A DNA stretch of 64,000 nt from Truepera sp. (lineage in GTDB: Bacteria > Deinococcota > Deinococci > Deinococcales > Trueperaceae): contig CBDCKW010000009.1 of assembly GCA_965218435.1 (NCBI GenBank), positions 2,272,001 through 2,336,000 of the forward strand. Reading direction: 5' to 3'. Shown piece by piece: positions 60,487-64,000 of this stretch (position 1 is the stretch's first letter; every line of letters starts with the position of its first letter). Both the position numbers and the translations under genes were made by a program. The notes beneath the pieces are model-generated. The model had not been told where the DNA came from. It saw nothing but the letters and a program-made list of their open reading frames with translations, and did not search any database.

Positions 60487-60521
60487 AAACCCCTAACGGC
60501 TTAGGTCGGTTAGGGGTTTTT
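60487..60521. terminator. Bidirectional terminator between marR and galK
   Basis: AAACCCCTAAC...GTTAGGGGTTTT. Confidence 0.7.
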
Positions 60522-60536
60522 GGAGCGGCGGCTAGC

Positions 60537-61676
60537 TCAAGCTCTGTACACCACTGACGCGCCCGCTGCACCGTGACAGACGTAAAGGGTGGGCTCGAGT
60601 CCGGTCGCCTCCCGATACGCCGCCGCCACAGCTTCGTTAAAACCGTCTACAGCGTCTTCCCGGACGAGCGCAACGGCGCACCCGGCAAAGCCGCCGCCGG
60701 TCATCCGCGCCCCGTAACACGCCGCCTCAGCCTGCGCAAGCGCCACCATCTGATCGAGTTCGGGTGAGGAAATCTCAAAATCATCGCGCATCGAGGTGTG
60801 GCTCTCGCTCATCAACCTCCCCAACATCTCGGCGTCACTCCGCCCCATCGCCTCGGCTGCCGCGACCGTCCGGTCATTTTCGGTGATGATGTGGCGGGCG
60901 CGGCGGCGGGCCGGTTCGGGCAATTCGGCTTCGCGTGAGCGAAACTGCGTTTCGCTTACGTCACGTAAAGCAGGAACGCCGAAAAAGGCGGCGGCTTCTT
61001 CACACTGGCGGCGGCGGTCGTTGTAACCCGAATCTACGTGGCTGTGCCGCGTGGCCGTGTCCATTACGACGATAGCGGTGCCCGTCGGAACCGGAACCGG
61101 AGTTGTTGCCAGCGTGCGGCAGTCAATGAGCAGCGCCGAGCCCACCTCACCACACGCCGAGATGAGCTGATCCATAATGCCGGTCTGCGCGCCGACCCAC
61201 TCGTTTTCGGCGCACTGCGCGAGCCGCGCCATCCGTTTGGGCTCCCAGGCAAAATCCGACGCGACCGAAAACGCCTGCATAATGGCAAGCTCTAACGCTG
61301 CCGACGACGACAACCCCGCCCCACCCGGTACGTCGCTCGCCAACACGCCCTCCCAGCCTGACAGCGTGTAGCCGTTTTGTTGCAACGCCCACGCAACCCC
61401 CTTCAGGTATTCAGCCCAGCCCTGACCTTTTTGCAACTTGCTGAGGTCGAAAGTCGTTTCACTACGCCCTAGTGACACAGCGACGACTTTTGTGTCATCA
61501 CGGCGGCGGAGCGCGAGGTAAGTGGCACGCTCTAAGGCCAGCGGCAAGACAAAGCCGTCATTGTAGTCGGTGTGTTCGCCGATCAGATTGACCCGGCCCG
61601 GTGCCTGCACCACCGCTTCTGGTTCGGTTCCAAAACGTTCTCTAAAAGCCTCTGTCACCTTAGCCGTTAAATCCAT
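60537..61676 (-). CDS. galK: Galactokinase
   Basis: APGRVNLIGEHTDYNDG, GAGLSSSAALE, GIMDQ, YNDRR, GARMTGGGFAG. Confidence 0.97.
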   Translation of the reverse strand: MDLTAKVTEAFRERFGTEPEAVVQAPGRVNLIGEHTDYNDGFVLPLALERATYLALRRRDDTKVVAVSLGRSETTFDLSKLQKGQGWAEYLKGVAWALQQNGYTLSGWEGVLASDVPGGAGLSSSAALELAIMQAFSVASDFAWEPKRMARLAQCAENEWVGAQTGIMDQLISACGEVGSALLIDCRTLATTPVPVPTGTAIVVMDTATRHSHVDSGYNDRRRQCEEAAAFFGVPALRDVSETQFRSREAELPEPARRRARHIITENDRTVAAAEAMGRSDAEMLGRLMSESHTSMRDDFEISSPELDQMVALAQAEAACYGARMTGGGFAGCAVALVREDAVDGFNEAVAAAYREATGLEPTLYVCHGAAGASVVYRA

Positions 61677-61765
61677 AAGCCTTACTCTACCGTCTCGAGC
61701 CGTCAAAATAGCATTGAGGTTTTACGCCTCGTAGCTGTGCCTGAATACCGGCAATCAGCTTTACT

Positions 61766-62487
61766 TTATACACCAAGGCGTTGCATAAACTCCTCGAGCT
61801 TCCCCGTAAACGCATCCGGTGCGTCGAGGTTCGCCACGTGTCCGGCGTTCGGTACCGTCTCAAACGTAGCGTGCGGGAGGCTTCCGGCTAGCTCTTGAGA
61901 TAGCGGCAAGTTGAGCTCGTCTTGGTCACCACATAAGACGAGCATAGGCACGTCAACGCTGTGTATCCAGGCCCGCGCGTCGAACTCGAGTTCAACCAGG
62001 TCAGCGAGACTTTCCGGCGTTAGGCAACCTACGTCTTCTAACGCCTGTGCCCGGTACGCTTCCGGCACGCCCTCGACGAGTTGAGGTAACACCATTTCCG
62101 AAAAGGTAGCCGGATCAAAGTTGCGAACGGCTTTAGCAGAGCTTTGCCGTTGTAAAATAGCCTCTTCAGCTAAGGAAACAAACCCGGCACTTAAGACGAG
62201 GCCACGAATGAGGTTGGGATGCGTATGCGTCAGCTCGAGCGCGACCAACGCCCCAAGTGACAACCCACATAGGTAGACGGGTTGCGCCCGCTCAGTAATG
62301 AGGGCGGCTACCACTTCGCTGGCTGAAGTCAAGGTAAACGGCCCCGGCTGCGAACCGTAACCCGGTAAACTCGGGGCGAGGACATGGTAGTGCTCGCCTA
62401 AGGCTGCCACGCACTTGCGCCCGTCCCCATACCGTGTAGCAGCACCAGCGTGCTTTGTTCCTGATTGCCCGCCTCGAGAAAGTCCAT
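61766..62487 (-). pseudogene. Alpha/beta hydrolase with a 5-prime frameshift (N-terminal HG motif in a different frame)
   Basis: ATG 62487 gives MDFLEAGNQEQSTLVLLHGMGTGASAWQP-stop (62398); body AALGEHYHVLAPSLPGYG..GLSLG..AGH continues in another frame. Confidence 0.8.
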
Positions 62488-62529
62488 ACCCGACTTTACA
62501 CGAAGCGAGCCGAGCAGCCGCAAGCAGCT

Positions 62530-63519
62530 TCAGCCCCAGTGACGCCGCAAAAACGCCAGTTTTTTCTGCAACTGAAACGACTCACCTCCTTCGTGACGAT
62601 TAAAGGGCCAGACGACGATCTCTTTTTGACCAGCGTAATAGTTATACGCGGCGTATACGGTCGAAGGCGGACACACCTCATCCATCAGGCCGACCGAAAA
62701 GAGCGCCGACGCACGTGCGTGAGCGGCGAAGTTTACGCCGTCAAAGTACTCGAGCGTCCGAAACACCGTTTCTACCTTGTCCCGCTGCGTCTTGCAGTAC
62801 GCTGCGATCTCACCGTAGGGCAGCGCATCGGTCAGGTTGACGGCGCGGCGGTAGGCGCATAAAAAGGGCACGTCGGGGAGCGCGAGCTGCACGTCCGGGG
62901 CCAGCCCCAAACCGGAAAGTCCGGCAACGGCGAGCGTCAAGCCGCCTCCCTGACTCCCGCCTGAGAGGGCTAACCGTGAGGCGTCTACCCGCTCAAACGC
63001 TGCAGCAGTCTCTACCGCCCGTACCGCGTCGGTGATGAGGCGGCGATAGTAGTACGTGTGTGGGTCTAAAATCCCCCTCGTCATAAAACCAGGGATGCTC
63101 GGGCCACCTATCTCTAAACCGCCGCCCTGGTCCGGCGTGTCGCCCTGTCGCCAGCTGCTACCTTGCCCGCGCGTGTCCATGACCAGGTGGGCGTACCCGG
63201 CGCTGGCGTAGGTCAGCCAATCGGTTGCAAACCCGCGCCCGCCACCGTAACCAATGGTTTCAACAACGCACGGCAAGTTCGTCTCACCCTTCGGTAAGAG
63301 CAACCAGCCTTTAATCGGCTGTCCACCAAAACCGGCAAAGCTCACGTCAAACGTCTCTAAGGTTGTGAGTCCGGCGTCTACCGGGGCAAACTGAGCATTC
63401 AGCTCATAGGTGCGCGTTTCTGCTAGCGTCTCCGTCCAAAACTCGGTGAAGTCTCCGGGTTCGGTTCGTTCGGGGCGGTAGGTCTCGAGTTCTCCCAGCG
63501 GCAGGTCAAATAGCGCCAT
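62530..63519 (-). CDS. Acetyl xylan esterase / cephalosporin-C deacetylase (CE7)
   Basis: [53 protein letters not shown]. Confidence 0.93.
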   Translation of the reverse strand: MALFDLPLGELETYRPERTEPGDFTEFWTETLAETRTYELNAQFAPVDAGLTTLETFDVSFAGFGGQPIKGWLLLPKGETNLPCVVETIGYGGGRGFATDWLTYASAGYAHLVMDTRGQGSSWRQGDTPDQGGGLEIGGPSIPGFMTRGILDPHTYYYRRLITDAVRAVETAAAFERVDASRLALSGGSQGGGLTLAVAGLSGLGLAPDVQLALPDVPFLCAYRRAVNLTDALPYGEIAAYCKTQRDKVETVFRTLEYFDGVNFAAHARASALFSVGLMDEVCPPSTVYAAYNYYAGQKEIVVWPFNRHEGGESFQLQKKLAFLRRHWG

Positions 63520-63586
63520 CGCAAGCTCCTCTCTAAAGCGCCCAGCATAACGCGTGGCGGGGCAAAAGACAGGGTACGCTAGAGGC

Positions 63587-64000
63587 ATGGAGAAGCTCAG
63601 ATGGGGCGTGTTGGGAACGGCGCGAATCGTAAGAAAGACGATTCCAGCACTGCAAAAGACGAAAAACGGGGTCGTTGTCGGTATTGCCAGCCGGGACGAG
63701 GAAAGGGCAAAGGCGTGCGCTGAAACCCACGGAATGATGCAGACGTTCGGGAGTTATGCGGCGCTGCTCGACGCCCCTGACATTGACGCGGTGTACATCA
63801 CGCTGCCTAACGCGCTGCACTACGAATGGGTCATCCGGTCTTTAGAGGCGGGCAAACACGTTTTGTGCGAAAAACCGCTCGCGCTGAGCACCGCCGAGTG
63901 TGAGGACGTCAAACGTGTAGCAGAAAAGACCGGCTTCAAGGTGTTGGAGGGCTTTATGTACCGCTTTCACCCGCGCTTTGAAATGTTGCAGGAACTGTTA
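63587..64000 (+). CDS. Gfo/Idh/MocA oxidoreductase, N-terminal part (truncated by the window end)
   Basis: [14 protein letters not shown].., [35 protein letters not shown]. Confidence 0.92.
   Translation, partial: MEKLRWGVLGTARIVRKTIPALQKTKNGVVVGIASRDEERAKACAETHGMMQTFGSYAALLDAPDIDAVYITLPNALHYEWVIRSLEAGKHVLCEKPLALSTAECEDVKRVAEKTGFKVLEGFMYRFHPRFEMLQELL

Noticed and set aside
247..63820. Many short antisense or alternate-frame ORFs in the track (e.g. 1272-1565, 3932-4369, 20461-20943, 52268-52888)
   Set aside because: They lie within well-supported genes and are expected shadows in GC-rich DNA.
1..64000. Anti-phage defence, toxin-antitoxin, retron or R-M genes
   Set aside because: No nuclease, reverse transcriptase, DNA methyltransferase or TA motifs recognised; the SAM methyltransferases look like small-molecule types.

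Overview
Chromosomal segment of a moderately GC-rich (roughly 58-60% by eye) bacterium. Gene content and style point to Deinococcota, probably Truepera-like: a GidA-small protein, a CC-adding-type nucleotidyltransferase, mqnD and widespread leaderless genes. Most genes are housekeeping or metabolic: bioY, tkt, coaE, hisD, infC-rpmI-rplT, mqnD, menG/ubiE, typA, scpA, treZ-treY, glgX, galK and tRNA-Arg(CCT). Accessory units include an arsR-arsC-aquaporin operon, an ArsN1-like acetyltransferase, an APH(9)-like kinase, a processive GT2 locus and three frameshifted genes. No IS, integrase, prophage or CRISPR array was seen. Two signals stand out. (1) The palindrome CTCGAG is highly iterated, HIP1-style: about 150 copies by manual count versus about 20 expected. 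Its sister palindromes GTCGAC, ATCGAT and TTCGAA are almost absent. (2) A 9.5 kb envelope-related cluster (COG4705/DUF347, PepSY, secreted protein, two ABC ATPases, FtsX-type permease, PAP2, OmpR-type two-component system) has four promoters sharing an 11-bp-period direct-repeat box at fixed spacing from a -10 element, which defines a candidate regulon. All counts are manual and all protein calls come from motif recognition, not database searches.
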